Origin: Candidatus Nomurabacteria bacterium
GTDB taxonomy: Bacteria; Patescibacteriota; Minisyncoccia; Phycocordibacterales; UBA9973
Reading direction: 5' to 3'
Length of the DNA: 58,495 nucleotides
NCBI GenBank assembly: GCA_943354905.1
Contig: CALRDL010000004.1
Coordinates: forward strand, 1 to 58,495
The notes under the pieces are model-generated. The model saw nothing but the letters and a program-made list of their open reading frames with translations, did not search any database and had not been told where the DNA came from. The position numbers and the translations under genes are program-made. Positions 10,029-20,805 of this stretch are shown in pieces; the first letter of the stretch is position 1; each line of letters begins with the position of its first letter.

Positions 10029-11261
10029 ATGCAAAAATTTTCAAAAACAGGCCTGCCTGCGCAGGCAGGAAATATTCTCACTGTGATGCTATTGGTTGTT
10101 TTGGCTTTCTTTTCTGGTATGTATTTGAATAGAGACAACAGAACAGAGCTAGAAAAAGTTTCCTTAACCAATAAAGAAGTCACTGTGGCTACTGTCGCTG
10201 ATTTTGCTCCATTTTGGGAAGTTTGGAATAGTATAAATGAAAAATATCCGGAAGCTATAAAGACTACTGATCAAGAAAAAATCTATGGGGCTATCTCTGG
10301 GCTGGTAGGATCACTCGAAGATCCATATAGTGTTTTCTTCAGCCCAGAAGAAGCAAAAGAATTCGAGGAACAAATTTCTGGCAATTTCTCAGGTATCGGT
10401 ATAGAAGTCGGAATCAAAGATAAGGTTATGACTGTCATAGCACCACTCAAAAATACTCCTGCTTACAGGGCCGGCCTAAAATCTGGTGACAAGATTTTGC
10501 AAATCGACAAGAAAAATACTTCAGATGTAAGTATTGACCAAGCTATAAAGTTAATTCGCGGAGAAAAGGGTACGTTGATTACTTTGACTATTCTAAGAGA
10601 AGGGGACAAAGAACCTAAAGATATACCCATAATTAGAGACACCATAAATATTCCAACTTTAGATACAGAAATTCGAAATGACGGCATATTTGTTATAAAA
10701 CTCTATAGCTTCTCTGCAAATTCTCTGACTTTATTTCGTAACGCCTTGATAGAATTTTCAAAAGCCAGAACAGATAAATTGATCTTAGACCTGAGAGGTA
10801 ATCCGGGTGGATATTTACATGCTTCTGTTGATATAGCCAGCTGGTTCTTACCTTCAGGGAAGATAGTAGTCACTGAAGATTATGGAAAAAATAAAAATCC
10901 TGAGATTTTCCGAAGCAAGGGCTATGATGTCTTTAAAAGGAAATTAAAATTAGTTATTTTAATAGATGGTGGCTCAGCTTCTGCTTCAGAGATAGTTGCC
11001 GGCGCATTACAAGATCATGGCGTAGCAAAATTAGTCGGAGACAAGAGCTTTGGTAAAGGTTCTGTCCAAGAATTAATCAAAGTTACTGACGACACTCGCT
11101 TGAAAATAACTGTAGCCAAATGGCTTACTCCAAATGGGAATTCTATTTCTGAAAAAGGTCTAACTCCTGATTATGAAGTAAAACTAACTAGAAAAGATAT
11201 CGAGGAAAAGAAAGATTTACAATTAGAAAAAGCTGTGGATTTATTATTAAATTGGAAATAA
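10029..11261 (+). CDS. ctpA: C-terminal processing protease, S41 family
   Basis: GIG PDZ entry, [25 protein letters not shown]. Confidence 0.92.
   Translation: MQKFSKTGLPAQAGNILTVMLLVVLAFFSGMYLNRDNRTELEKVSLTNKEVTVATVADFAPFWEVWNSINEKYPEAIKTTDQEKIYGAISGLVGSLEDPYSVFFSPEEAKEFEEQISGNFSGIGIEVGIKDKVMTVIAPLKNTPAYRAGLKSGDKILQIDKKNTSDVSIDQAIKLIRGEKGTLITLTILREGDKEPKDIPIIRDTINIPTLDTEIRNDGIFVIKLYSFSANSLTLFRNALIEFSKARTDKLILDLRGNPGGYLHASVDIASWFLPSGKIVVTEDYGKNKNPEIFRSKGYDVFKRKLKLVILIDGGSASASEIVAGALQDHGVAKLVGDKSFGKGSVQELIKVTDDTRLKITVAKWLTPNGNSISEKGLTPDYEVKLTRKDIEEKKDLQLEKAVDLLLNWK
10052..10069. repeat. 18-bp palindrome CCTGCCTGCGCAGGCAGG, in frame in ctpA
   Basis: Perfect palindrome encoding LPAQAG. Confidence 0.9.
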
Positions 11262-11268
11262 AAATAAG

Positions 11269-11712
11269 ATGAAAGTAATATTTTTAAAAGACGTACCAAA
11301 AGTAGGGAAGAAATACGACATCAAAGATGTGTCAGATGGCTACGCCATAAATTTCTTAATACCAAGAAGATTGGCGGAAATAGCTACCACTAAAATCGTA
11401 ACTGAAATAGAATTAAAACAAAAAGAAATAATTATAGAAAGAGAAATACAAGAAGATTTACTTTTGAAAAATCTAGAGGAAATAAAAAATAAAACTCTTC
11501 ATATGAAAGGCAAAACTGACGATAAAGGACATTTATTTTCTGGGATTCGCGCACGCGATATTGCCCTTGCAATGCAAATAGAATATAGAGCAACTATAGA
11601 AGAAGGTGCAATAAAACTGCTAAAACCCATCAAAGAAATAGGGGAGTTTGATATTCCGATCGAGATCCAAGGCAAAAAATCTTCGTTTAGGCTGGTGGTA
11701 GAAAAAATATAA
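11269..11712 (+). CDS. rplI: 50S ribosomal protein L9
   Basis: [12 protein letters not shown]....V.DGYA.NFLIP; PIKEIG. Confidence 0.95.
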   Translation: MKVIFLKDVPKVGKKYDIKDVSDGYAINFLIPRRLAEIATTKIVTEIELKQKEIIIEREIQEDLLLKNLEEIKNKTLHMKGKTDDKGHLFSGIRARDIALAMQIEYRATIEEGAIKLLKPIKEIGEFDIPIEIQGKKSSFRLVVEKI

Positions 11713-11740
11713 AAAACTCTCAGATGAGAGTTTTTTATAT
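11707..11740. terminator. bidirectional intrinsic terminator between rplI and rpmA
   Basis: ATATAAAAAACTCTCA-GA-TGAGAGTTTTTTATAT inverted repeat between convergent genes. Confidence 0.75.
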
Positions 11741-12007
11741 TACATTTACTATCTTCCTAACTACTGTTTTTCCATTGAAGGAGATCTTGCGTTTTGAGCC
11801 AAATTTGACTGTACCGGGCTTGAGGGCGAAAAGAGTATGATCTTTGCCTAAACCGACGTTTATGCCTGCCATAATGGCTGTACCGCGTTGACGGACTATT
11901 ATAGATCCTGATTCTGCTCCTTGACCATGAGTAAGCTTAATACCTAGGTATTTTGGGTTCGAATCTCTTAAGTTTTTGGCGGTTCCGCCAGCTTTCCTAT
12001 GTGCCAT
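11735..12007 (-). CDS. rpmA: 50S ribosomal protein L27
   Basis: [14 protein letters not shown]...YLG.K; IIVRQRGT; GKDHTLFAL. Confidence 0.96.
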   Translation of the reverse strand: MAHRKAGGTAKNLRDSNPKYLGIKLTHGQGAESGSIIVRQRGTAIMAGINVGLGKDHTLFALKPGTVKFGSKRKISFNGKTVVRKIVNVI

Positions 12008-12094
12008 ATGATTGATTCTCTTGAGAAAAACGATTGATAAAAAAACTCGCTTTACGATCTATTTACTTATATAATATATAGTATACAAAATTCT

Positions 12095-12484
12095 ATGGGA
12101 AAAATCAAGCTATTTATAGAAAGTGAAAAGGGGAAAGATGTTTTGATCATTATTATAGTGATTTTAGTAGGTCTAGCTTCTTTTGAACTTGGTCGACTTT
12201 CTAGAGGCAAACAAAGTTCTGGTGTAAAGATAGAATATCCAAAGAAAGATGTCTATATGGAGGCAAATATTATTTCTGGAATAAATTCTTCTGAAAAAAA
12301 TCAAACTTCAAAATCAAATGCGATTTCTTCTAGTAAAAACTTTTTTGCTTCAAATAGGGGAAGTAAATATTATCCCGTAGGATGTTCCGGAGGTCAAAAC
12401 ATAAACCAAGAAAACAGAATTTATTTTAATACCAGTACTGAGGCCGAAAATGCTGGATATATATTATCAAGTTCGTGTAGATAA
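12095..12484 (+). CDS. membrane-anchored protein with Ada metal-binding-like C-terminal domain
   Basis: TM helix then FASNRGSKYYPVGC....I..ENRIYF....AENAGY....C. Confidence 0.6.
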   Translation: MGKIKLFIESEKGKDVLIIIIVILVGLASFELGRLSRGKQSSGVKIEYPKKDVYMEANIISGINSSEKNQTSKSNAISSSKNFFASNRGSKYYPVGCSGGQNINQENRIYFNTSTEAENAGYILSSSCR

Positions 12485-12506
12485 ATTTTACGAAAATGTA
12501 AGCGTT

Positions 12507-13466
12507 TTATTTTTTTAGTGGATGAAACTTTTTATGAGTAGATTCTGCAAACTTGTCCGAGGCGTGTACGTATCGAGAAGTGGTATCAAGTGATTCGTGA
12601 CCTAGAAGGATCTGAATGGCAGCAGGATTCGCCCCTTGTTCAGCTAAATAAGTCGCAAATCCATGTCTTAAGGAATGAGCACTGGTCGGAATATTGATAC
12701 CCAAAAGTTCTCTGTATTGTTTTATTTTCATTTGTAAATAGTTTGCCGAAATATGTTTATTTTTATTTGAGGCATTACGTCCACGATCAGGAATAAAAAG
12801 ATATGGAAAGTCGTCAGCTCTTTTCTTTAAGTAATTCTCAATGTGACGTTTTGCTCTTTCAGTAAGATAAATAAAACGCTGTTTCCTTCCTTTACCTTCA
12901 ATAAAAATTTTCCCTGATTTATCTAGTTGGATTTTTTTTAAATTAATCAATTCTGAAATACGCATTCCCGATGCGAACAATGTCTCGAGAATCGCACGAT
13001 TTCTAAGTGCGATCATCTGATTTTTTTCAAATTGAGTAGGGGATTCAATTAACTTCTTGAGCTCTTCGAGTTCTGAAACTTGAGGATGTTTTTTTCCCAT
13101 TCGTAATAATTTAATTGATTCGGGTGGAACTGGAACAGGATAGTCCATATCGATAAGATATGTCAGATAACGCCTCAAGGATGTTAAGGTTCGATTTATC
13201 GAGCCACTTGATAAATCTTTCTCAGCTTTTTTACCAGATGCAGTTCTGCGATCATTGGAGTTAAGATAAGCTTTATATTGTTCTATGGTTTTCTTACTAA
13301 TATTCTCAAAAGAGAAATTATTCATCTCATAAGTAAGAAAAAAAGCAAAGGTCTCCAAGTCACGTTCATAGTTGTATAAAGTTTCTTTTGAATAATTATT
13401 GGCACGAACAAAAAGCAGGAAGTCATCATGGTAGGTGAGTGCATTTTTATGATTATTATTGGTCAT
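12507..13466 (-). CDS. tyrosine recombinase XerC/XerD family
   Basis: SGMRISE, GKGRKQR, HSLRHGFAT, LLGH, TTSRY catalytic residues. Confidence 0.92.
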   Translation of the reverse strand: MTNNNHKNALTYHDDFLLFVRANNYSKETLYNYERDLETFAFFLTYEMNNFSFENISKKTIEQYKAYLNSNDRRTASGKKAEKDLSSGSINRTLTSLRRYLTYLIDMDYPVPVPPESIKLLRMGKKHPQVSELEELKKLIESPTQFEKNQMIALRNRAILETLFASGMRISELINLKKIQLDKSGKIFIEGKGRKQRFIYLTERAKRHIENYLKKRADDFPYLFIPDRGRNASNKNKHISANYLQMKIKQYRELLGINIPTSAHSLRHGFATYLAEQGANPAAIQILLGHESLDTTSRYVHASDKFAESTHKKFHPLKK

Positions 13467-13557
13467 ATTAAACTGAGTATAATATCTCTAACACTCATAT
13501 TATATACAAAAGACATTGTATAGTCAATAAATTGTACAGTGTTGGCCAATAGAACGA

Positions 13558-13758
13558 CTACTTCACGCTATTAAAGAGCTCCTTGAGCCAATCTAAGGCG
13601 ACTTTGATGTAGCCGAGGATGTCTGCCCAAGTCAAATTAAAATATTCTAGAGTTCCAGAGATAGTGATACCAAAATATCGCATCAATAGCAAAGCAACAA
13701 CGACAAGTATGATTAATTTTATAAAACCAGCTTCTTTTTTATTTTTATTTATCATCAT
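13558..13758 (-). CDS. small membrane hypothetical protein
   Basis: Basic N-terminus, GFIKLIIL hydrophobic helix; TGnTATGAT 6 nt upstream. Confidence 0.6.
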   Translation of the reverse strand: MMINKNKKEAGFIKLIILVVVALLLMRYFGITISGTLEYFNLTWADILGYIKVALDWLKELFNSVK

Positions 13759-13788
13759 ATTAATATCATAACATATTCTAATCTCAAA

Positions 13789-15108
13789 CTAAAGCAAAGG
13801 TATATATTTAGGTAAATAATACATTGGATCGAGATAAGCATTGATAGCTGCAACAGGTTGTTTTAAAATTTTGCCAGGGCAAGAGATGCTCGGCACTGTG
13901 GAGACATTTGCAGCAGTCGAAGCATATAGTGATACATGAAGATGAGGTCCTGTCACCCTTCCTGTGCCTCCAGTATAACCAACCACTTCCCCTCTTTGTA
14001 CTTTTTTACCTTCAGAAACCTTTATAAGTGATAAATGCGCAAACGTACTAGAAAGACCATTGCCGTATTCAATAAAAACCCATTTACCAAAAGATACACC
14101 AGAACAAATAACATCAGTATCTCCGATACCTTTGACTATTCCATCGGCCATAGATTTGACCGGTAATGGAGTTCTGGCACGAAAATCAGTCCCACCATGA
14201 CCACTCACATAAGTTCTGTGAGGTCCAGTTTTTGCTCCAAATTCTTGGGTCACAAAAACTTTATCAAGTGGCCAGCTGAGTACTCCCGCGCTAGGAAGCT
14301 CAGACGGATCGAGAATGAATTGCAATTCTGATTCAAGTTGATACAATTCTTTTTCAAAAATTAATTTCTTAGCTAATTGTTCTTTTACTAATTTTTGATA
14401 ACTCGCTTCACTATTTTTTGTTTGTTGAAGTAATTTACTTTTTTCATTTGCATTCTGTATACTTATTTTTTGCTGATCAGAAAGTTTTGATTTCAAAGCA
14501 AGTAATTCATTTTGTGCAATAATAGTAGTATCTCGAGTGTCCTCTAGTTGTCCTTTTACCTGCTTGAGTCTAATTATATTTTCACGCATCTTCTCGCGTA
14601 GAGTTATTATATTGTCTATCTCATTCCAAATAACCGAGAAATCATTATTAGATAAAATGGTTTCTACTATGGTAATTTGTTCAAATTCATTCGTTTTTCT
14701 AAATTCGAGTTTGATGGATTCAATATAGGTATCTATCACATTTTCTTTGTTAGAAATATCCGAACTTAAATTTCCTATGGCAAGATTCGTCTTGTCTATC
14801 TTTTTTTGAGTGATGAATATATCTGTCTGTAATTTTTTCTTAGTTAGGTCTAATTCTTTAATAGTATTATTCAAAGAATTTTTTTCCTTACCAAGACTTT
14901 CAAGTTGAGTTTGATACACTCTGATCTCGATTTCCAATTTTTCTATATCTGTATCTTTTTGATTTATTTTCTCTCTTATTTCATTTACTGTTTGTGCATA
15001 AGAAAAAAACATTGGCATTAAAACCAAAATTATAAAAAATCTTTTGAGTAAAAAAATTAGAATTTCATTCCATTTCAACTGCTTTTTGTAATCTTGAAAT
15101 TGTTTCAT
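13789..15108 (-). CDS. coiled-coil M23 peptidase (EnvC-like architecture)
   Basis: Long coiled coil, then HGGTD and TGPHLH zinc motifs. Confidence 0.88.
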   Translation of the reverse strand: MKQFQDYKKQLKWNEILIFLLKRFFIILVLMPMFFSYAQTVNEIREKINQKDTDIEKLEIEIRVYQTQLESLGKEKNSLNNTIKELDLTKKKLQTDIFITQKKIDKTNLAIGNLSSDISNKENVIDTYIESIKLEFRKTNEFEQITIVETILSNNDFSVIWNEIDNIITLREKMRENIIRLKQVKGQLEDTRDTTIIAQNELLALKSKLSDQQKISIQNANEKSKLLQQTKNSEASYQKLVKEQLAKKLIFEKELYQLESELQFILDPSELPSAGVLSWPLDKVFVTQEFGAKTGPHRTYVSGHGGTDFRARTPLPVKSMADGIVKGIGDTDVICSGVSFGKWVFIEYGNGLSSTFAHLSLIKVSEGKKVQRGEVVGYTGGTGRVTGPHLHVSLYASTAANVSTVPSISCPGKILKQPVAAINAYLDPMYYLPKYIPLL

Positions 15109-16399
15109 TTTTTCCTAATATTCCGGCTATGGTGAAAGGATCTGGAGATTTATCTCTTCCAGATAGGGCATAGCGAATCGGATGCAAAAAAGAACCTCTG
15201 CCCTCTCCCCTACTAGGCAAATTGTCAGCAATAAACATTAAATTATTTTTAATATTTTCCAAAATAAAATTATTCTCATCGATTTTTTGTAGAGTTTCTA
15301 TGGCTAGATTTATATTTTCTTTTATTTTTTCTGGTATAGTATCTTTGTATATCAATTTTGTTTTTTCAATTTTTGGAGCTTTGAAAAAGAAGTCAAACTC
15401 CCCTGCGATAGCCATCGTGGTTACATCGCTCCATTTGGAAATCCGCTCGAAAATCATCGGCACGAGTCTCGGATCTTTCATATTCAAAGGTTCTTTGGGC
15501 AACCATTCTAAAATATTTTTTTCGATTTCTTCTGGTGGAAGTTTCTTTAAATATTCTCTATTCAGCCAATCAAGTTTCTTTTCATCTAAAATCGCTCCAC
15601 TTTTTCCAATTCTCTCTAATTCAAATTCGGCGATAAGATCGGTAAGTGTGAAAAGTTCTCGATCATTTTTTGGATGCCAAACTAGCAATATAATAAAGTT
15701 TACAATAGCTTCGGGAAGATACCCTTGTTTGATATAATCTTGCAAACTTATAGCACCATTTCTTTTACCCATTTTTTGTCGATTAGACATGAGGACAAAC
15801 GGATAATGAGCATAGATTGGTCTCTCTGCTCCGATCGCTTCTTGTATTAAAATTTGCCGTGGAGTATTTGCCAATCCATCTTCTCCTCTGATAATATGAG
15901 TGACGCCCATCTCATAATCATCCACTACAGCTGTGAGATGATAAAGCGGAGATTCGAGATCTCGGGCAATAACGAAATCTTTCAGGTCTGTCGTGTCGAC
16001 AGATATATCTCCTCGAGCCATATCATGAAAAGTTATAACTTTATTTGGATTTTTAAAACGAACCACATCTCTTGTAACACCCTCCTCATTTGTTTCTCTA
16101 GAAATATAAGCTGTTTTTTCCTCAACCATCTTAGCGATATATCTTTTATAAATATCTGTTCTTTCTGATTGGCGATAAAAAGTATCTGATTTTATCCCTA
16201 TCCATGCTAATCCTTCCTTGATAGCTTCTTCATATTCTTTCTTTGAACGCACAGGATCCGTATCTTCTGAACGCATAATAACCTCACCATCGTTTTGACG
16301 AGCATAAATATAGTTAAGTAAGGCATACATCGCCGTACCCAAATGAGGAAAACCTGTAGGACTCGGGGCAAATCTAGTTACAACCTTTTTTTCTGACAT
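15065..16399 (-). CDS. gltX: glutamate--tRNA ligase
   Basis: RFAPSPTG.PHLG, EDTD, IRGED, KMGKR. Confidence 0.95.
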   Translation of the reverse strand: MSEKKVVTRFAPSPTGFPHLGTAMYALLNYIYARQNDGEVIMRSEDTDPVRSKKEYEEAIKEGLAWIGIKSDTFYRQSERTDIYKRYIAKMVEEKTAYISRETNEEGVTRDVVRFKNPNKVITFHDMARGDISVDTTDLKDFVIARDLESPLYHLTAVVDDYEMGVTHIIRGEDGLANTPRQILIQEAIGAERPIYAHYPFVLMSNRQKMGKRNGAISLQDYIKQGYLPEAIVNFIILLVWHPKNDRELFTLTDLIAEFELERIGKSGAILDEKKLDWLNREYLKKLPPEEIEKNILEWLPKEPLNMKDPRLVPMIFERISKWSDVTTMAIAGEFDFFFKAPKIEKTKLIYKDTIPEKIKENINLAIETLQKIDENNFILENIKNNLMFIADNLPSRGEGRGSFLHPIRYALSGRDKSPDPFTIAGILGKNETISRLQKAVEME

Positions 16400-16447
16400 T
16401 TCTTGATTATAACATATAAATACAATGCTCTGAAACTTTTTTAAATA

Positions 16448-17154
16448 CTAATCCAATAAATGCTTATTTTTAATAAGATACTCTTTAATATTTTCTATTT
16501 CTTTTAATTTTTTAGTTTCAAATGCATATTTTAATTTAATGCAAGTGCTTAAAATAATAGCCGCATGTAAAACTCTTTTATTACAAGGTTCACCTCCAAA
16601 ATATCCTTCAATAATTTGTTCTTGGACTTCTTTTGATCCTTTGCTAAATATAATTGAGAAAAGACTACGCCCTAAATCTATATATCTATTATTAAACCTA
16701 GGATTGGGGTCAAAAACAGTGATCGGATTTGTGGCAAATATATTCTTTTTCCAAGTAATTCTTCATTACTATAAGTATCTGCTAAAATTGGCGCATTTAT
16801 GTATTCCATAAGTGCATAAGAATGTCCGTTCAAAACGCCTTCTTCAAATACATGAGGCACTTTTATTCCTGATGCTTCCCAAATTTTTAGAAACTGTCCT
16901 TCACCAAAAGCGTTATTGGCTATACTCAATCGAATTTTCAAAACTAGTTTTTCTGTGGATGTTTCAATTATACAAACCAATGAGGATACACCTTTATGAG
17001 AAAAAGTTATATCAACTTCTTGTTCCTTAAATCTAGGGTGATTCGAAATAAAATTTTCAACTTGAGGAATTAAATTTCTTTTTCTTTCGTTAAATTTACT
17101 ATCTATTTCATGTTTGGATAATTTGGGCTGATTATTAAAAGTAATTTTATTCAT
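16448..17154 (-). pseudogene. aminoglycoside phosphotransferase/kinase-like pseudogene with internal deletion
   Basis: N-lobe (LVLKI, GIKVPHV, ALMEYI) in ORF 16678..17154; C-lobe (NIFATNPITVFDPNP...DLGRS...GY) in another frame to TAG at 16448; HxD segment absent. Confidence 0.7.
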
Positions 17155-17157
17155 ATT

Positions 17158-18288
17158 TTATTTCTCATGCTTCAAAGCCTCGTCTACTAGAGCCCGAGCT
17201 ATTTTCATAGATGCATCGGGTTTAAAGAAATTTTTGGCGGACTTTGCCATCATTTCATATTCTTTAGTATCTCCTAAAATTCTATCTACTTCTCCACTCA
17301 AAATATTTGCAGTCATATTAGCTTCTTCAATAACACTACAAGCTCCGACTCGAGCGTAACTGAAAGCATTCTTTTTTTGATGATCTAAGTGTGTATTTGT
17401 AATTGGGATTAAAATAGAAGGTGTACCCCAAGCTGCAATTTCAAAAATCATTGATCCAGGCCTAGAGATGATAATATCTGAAACACCTGCCGCCATTTTC
17501 ATAGCTAGTGGATTTAAAAAAGCCATAGATATATATCTACTCTTATACGAACTATCTCCTAGTACTACTTCAGCTTGTTTTTTTACCATTTGATAATTTT
17601 GGACGCCAGTCTGGTGAATGATCTGATAACTTTGGACAAGTCTCGGTAAAGCATCGAGCACGGTATTATTGATGAGTTCAGCTCCCTGAGAACCACCCAA
17701 GATTAAAATAACAGGAAGTTCACTTTCTAATTTAAAATATTTCAGAGCTTCTATTTTTCCAGCTTTTTCTTCTATTTCTTTTCGAACTGGTTGACCAGTC
17801 CAAGCGACTTTTTCTTTTGGAAAAAACTCCGTCGCATTCAAAAAAGACACAGCAATCTTTTTCGCAAAACGCCCCGCCCAAAGATTCACTCGTCCTGGAG
17901 TAGAATCAGATTCGTGAATAATAACAGGAATTCCTAAAACTCTCGCCGCAAATATTGTGGGGAAAGATGCATGTCCTCCTTTTCCAAAAACCACATCCGG
18001 ATAAATCGAGAACATTTTAAAAACAGCGTTAATACTACCAAAAAAAATCTTAAAAATATCCAAAAAATTAAAAAACGAAAAATAAGTTCGCATTTTACCA
18101 GAGATTACTTCTTCATACAAAAGTCCATTTTCAAAAAGCATTTCCTTGTCATAAGGACTATCAGAAATATAATAAAGCTTTACTCCTAAAATATTTTCTT
18201 TATCTATTATTTGATTTACTTTTTGGACGACAGCAATGATCGGATAAAAATGTCCGCCTGTTCCACCGCCCGTGAATACTATTTTCAT
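17158..18288 (-). CDS. murG: lipid II GlcNAc transferase MurG
   Basis: GGGTGGH, GKGG, HES, GGSQGA, HQKKNA. Confidence 0.95.
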   Translation of the reverse strand: MKIVFTGGGTGGHFYPIIAVVQKVNQIIDKENILGVKLYYISDSPYDKEMLFENGLLYEEVISGKMRTYFSFFNFLDIFKIFFGSINAVFKMFSIYPDVVFGKGGHASFPTIFAARVLGIPVIIHESDSTPGRVNLWAGRFAKKIAVSFLNATEFFPKEKVAWTGQPVRKEIEEKAGKIEALKYFKLESELPVILILGGSQGAELINNTVLDALPRLVQSYQIIHQTGVQNYQMVKKQAEVVLGDSSYKSRYISMAFLNPLAMKMAAGVSDIIISRPGSMIFEIAAWGTPSILIPITNTHLDHQKKNAFSYARVGACSVIEEANMTANILSGEVDRILGDTKEYEMMAKSAKNFFKPDASMKIARALVDEALKHEK

Positions 18289-19394
18289 GATTTTTTAACT
18301 TTACTGGTAAATTTTGAAACCTGAAGCACTATGCCTATCATAGTCAGATATATCATAAGCGAAGTCCCTCCATGACTCATAAAAGGAAGTGGCACACCAG
18401 TCAAAGGGAAAACTCCGATGATTGATGCTATGTGCATCAAAGACTGAAACGTAATCAGTATAACAATTCCCGAGACCAAAAGTCTACTGAAAAGATCTGG
18501 TGAATTATTAGCAATCCGAAATCCACGTAAAGCAAAAAGTAAATATAAAAATATCACCGAAGATGTTCCCACAAAACCGAGTTCTTCTCCTAAAACTGCA
18601 AATATTGAGTCCCCTTGCGGTTCTGGTAAATAGGTAAATTTTTGAATACTTTGGCCATATCCTCGCCCAAATATTCCTCCGGACCCGAAAGCAATTAGTG
18701 ATTGTTGGATTTGCCACGAAGAACCTTGTGGATCGTTAGCAGGATTAATAAAAGTTTTTACTCGAGCTTGAAGATATGGAGTAATGAAAACTAAACTCCC
18801 AAGTACAAATACACTCAGAGTTCCAATGCCTAAAATATACCTCATAGGTACTCCAGAAATAAAAAGCATAGATATTCCAGTCACAGTGATTAAGATAAAG
18901 CTCTTTATGTCTGGTTGCTTAAAAAGCACAAGAGCTATAATCGTCAGCATTATTCCAAGAGGCAAAATACCGAATTTAAAATCTTGCACTCGAGTTTTGG
19001 CCCAAGAAAGCCAAGCTGCAAAATAAATAATGAAACTAAATTTTAATATTTCTACTGGTTGAAAAGAAATCGGCCCGATCTTTAGCCATCTTGTAGCTCC
19101 GCCATGACTCCAACCAAAATATGGGATAAACACGCAAGCGGTCAATAATATAGATCCTAGAAAAAGGAGAAATGCATATTTGCGCCAAAATTTATAATCC
19201 ACTTTCAAACAAACATACATACCAAGGATACCCATCCCAAGACCGAGCACTAGCTGATTAAAAATCACGGAATAAAAAGTATTTTCATTCTTTACTAAGA
19301 CTCCCAAAGACGCCGAGATAAAAATAAATACTCCTATAGTTACAAGAAGTCCGAGAATTATTAGAAAAAATCTATCTACTTTTTTTTCTTTCAT
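18285..19394 (-). CDS. ftsW: SEDS peptidoglycan glycosyltransferase FtsW
   Basis: GATRWL, FQPVE..K, QPD, LPEPQGDSIF, EELG, PLTGVPLPFMSHGG; between mraY and murG. Confidence 0.92.
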   Translation of the reverse strand: MKEKKVDRFFLIILGLLVTIGVFIFISASLGVLVKNENTFYSVIFNQLVLGLGMGILGMYVCLKVDYKFWRKYAFLLFLGSILLTACVFIPYFGWSHGGATRWLKIGPISFQPVEILKFSFIIYFAAWLSWAKTRVQDFKFGILPLGIMLTIIALVLFKQPDIKSFILITVTGISMLFISGVPMRYILGIGTLSVFVLGSLVFITPYLQARVKTFINPANDPQGSSWQIQQSLIAFGSGGIFGRGYGQSIQKFTYLPEPQGDSIFAVLGEELGFVGTSSVIFLYLLFALRGFRIANNSPDLFSRLLVSGIVILITFQSLMHIASIIGVFPLTGVPLPFMSHGGTSLMIYLTMIGIVLQVSKFTSKVKKS

Positions 19395-19398
19395 ACCG

Positions 19399-20430
19399 TT
19401 AACGACTAATAATCGCCAAAATTATTCCAATAATTGAAAATATTACTGAAAGGATCCAAAAACGCATAGTCACTTTATAAGCTGGCCAACCAATAGCTTC
19501 AAAATGATGATGAATCGGAGCTAATCTAAATATCCTCTTCCCTCCCCTAAATTTTTTAGAAATCGTTTGCAAAATAACTGAGCCTGATGTGATAACAAGT
19601 GGTATAGCAATGATAGGCAAAATAAGAACCGAATCAGTCAAAAAAGCTAAAGTCACTATGGTTATAGTCAAGCCCATTATCCCAGTCTCTCCCATATAAA
19701 ACCTTGCTGGAGGAACATTGAACCAAAGAAAGGCTAAAGTTGCTCCAGTCAAAACTCCCGAAAAAGCAGCTAGGTCAACTTGGTTATTAGCATAAGCTAT
19801 AGCTGAATATGCTCCGAAAATAGACGCGAGAACTCCACCCGAGAGTCCGTCTATACCGTCGATAACTCCTCCAGAAAAAGTTGCCAGAGCCACAATGATA
19901 AAAAATGGAATAATCAAAATTCCTAAAAATAATTCTCCACCGAAAGGAATATGGATACCTGTCATGCCGAGTTTAAAATAAAACCAGATACCGATTGAAA
20001 AAGAAAATATCATTATCAAGAAAATTTTCCACAAACGCCAAGACTTGTCATCCTGAGCTATCTTGCCTGTCCCATATATTTGCACCAGATCATCGAAAAG
20101 TCCAATAATAGAACCGACAATAAGAGTAAAAAGTGGGATGAGAGTCTGATTTCGACTCAAAAAGTTTAATTTCTCCATACCTATAGAAAAAATAAAAGTA
20201 GTAAGTAGAACAGAAATCCAAATCAATATCCCCCCAACACGAGGAGTTTTTAATTCTTCAGTTTCGTTGTGGATTTTAGAAAAATCAGTAGCTGTAACAT
20301 TTTCATTTCTGGAATACTTCTTCCACATTTTATATTTATAAAAAAAGTGAGTAGCAATCGGGGTCAAAAAAATACCCAAAAAAAAGGCCACAGCCGTCGG
20401 TAAAAATATTTTAACTAAATCCAAATACAT
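19399..20430 (-). CDS. mraY: phospho-N-acetylmuramoyl-pentapeptide transferase
   Basis: TP.VGG, GLFDD, DGIDGL, FMG-like YMGETG, APIHHHFE. Confidence 0.95.
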   Translation of the reverse strand: MYLDLVKIFLPTAVAFFLGIFLTPIATHFFYKYKMWKKYSRNENVTATDFSKIHNETEELKTPRVGGILIWISVLLTTFIFSIGMEKLNFLSRNQTLIPLFTLIVGSIIGLFDDLVQIYGTGKIAQDDKSWRLWKIFLIMIFSFSIGIWFYFKLGMTGIHIPFGGELFLGILIIPFFIIVALATFSGGVIDGIDGLSGGVLASIFGAYSAIAYANNQVDLAAFSGVLTGATLAFLWFNVPPARFYMGETGIMGLTITIVTLAFLTDSVLILPIIAIPLVITSGSVILQTISKKFRGGKRIFRLAPIHHHFEAIGWPAYKVTMRFWILSVIFSIIGIILAIISR

Positions 20431-20461
20431 GTTTGGATTATAGCATAAAAAATCAGAAGTT

Positions 20462-20737
20462 TTAATTTTTGTACTCTGCCGTCATAATTTCAATAGAAGT
20501 TGCCATTTTATCAACAGACACGATAAGACTCTGTAATAATTCCTTAGAATCAGCGATGTCGCTTTTTAGCTCTTGGACATCTTTCTTGGTAGCAAAAATT
20601 TTCAGGCTATTATCGGCCATCTCCTCTAAGTCTTTTTTTGTGGCAAAGATTTTTAGGTTATTTTCTGCCATCTCCTCCAAATCTTTCTTGGTGGACAAAA
20701 CAGCTATTAATTTGTCTATATCTTTATCTTCTAACAT
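20462..20737 (-). CDS. small coiled-coil protein with 17-aa tandem repeats
   Basis: (F)ATKKDLEEMA(E/D)N.LKI repeated about 2.5 times as 51-bp DNA repeats. Confidence 0.55.
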   Translation of the reverse strand: MLEDKDIDKLIAVLSTKKDLEEMAENNLKIFATKKDLEEMADNSLKIFATKKDVQELKSDIADSKELLQSLIVSVDKMATSIEIMTAEYKN

Positions 20738-20805
20738 AGTTTCATTATATATCAGTAGCTATAAATAAATCAAGTTGTTTATAGACGTCCAACGTCTACA
20801 GTTAA

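Noticed and set aside
12507-13557. Integron or prophage integrase and dif site
   Set aside because: The protein looks like chromosomal XerC/D with no phage or attC context; no convincing dif sequence nearby
15194-15217. LPSRGEGRG segment in gltX as a REP-derived insert
   Set aside because: Purine-rich and suggestive, but no clear hairpin or second copy in the window
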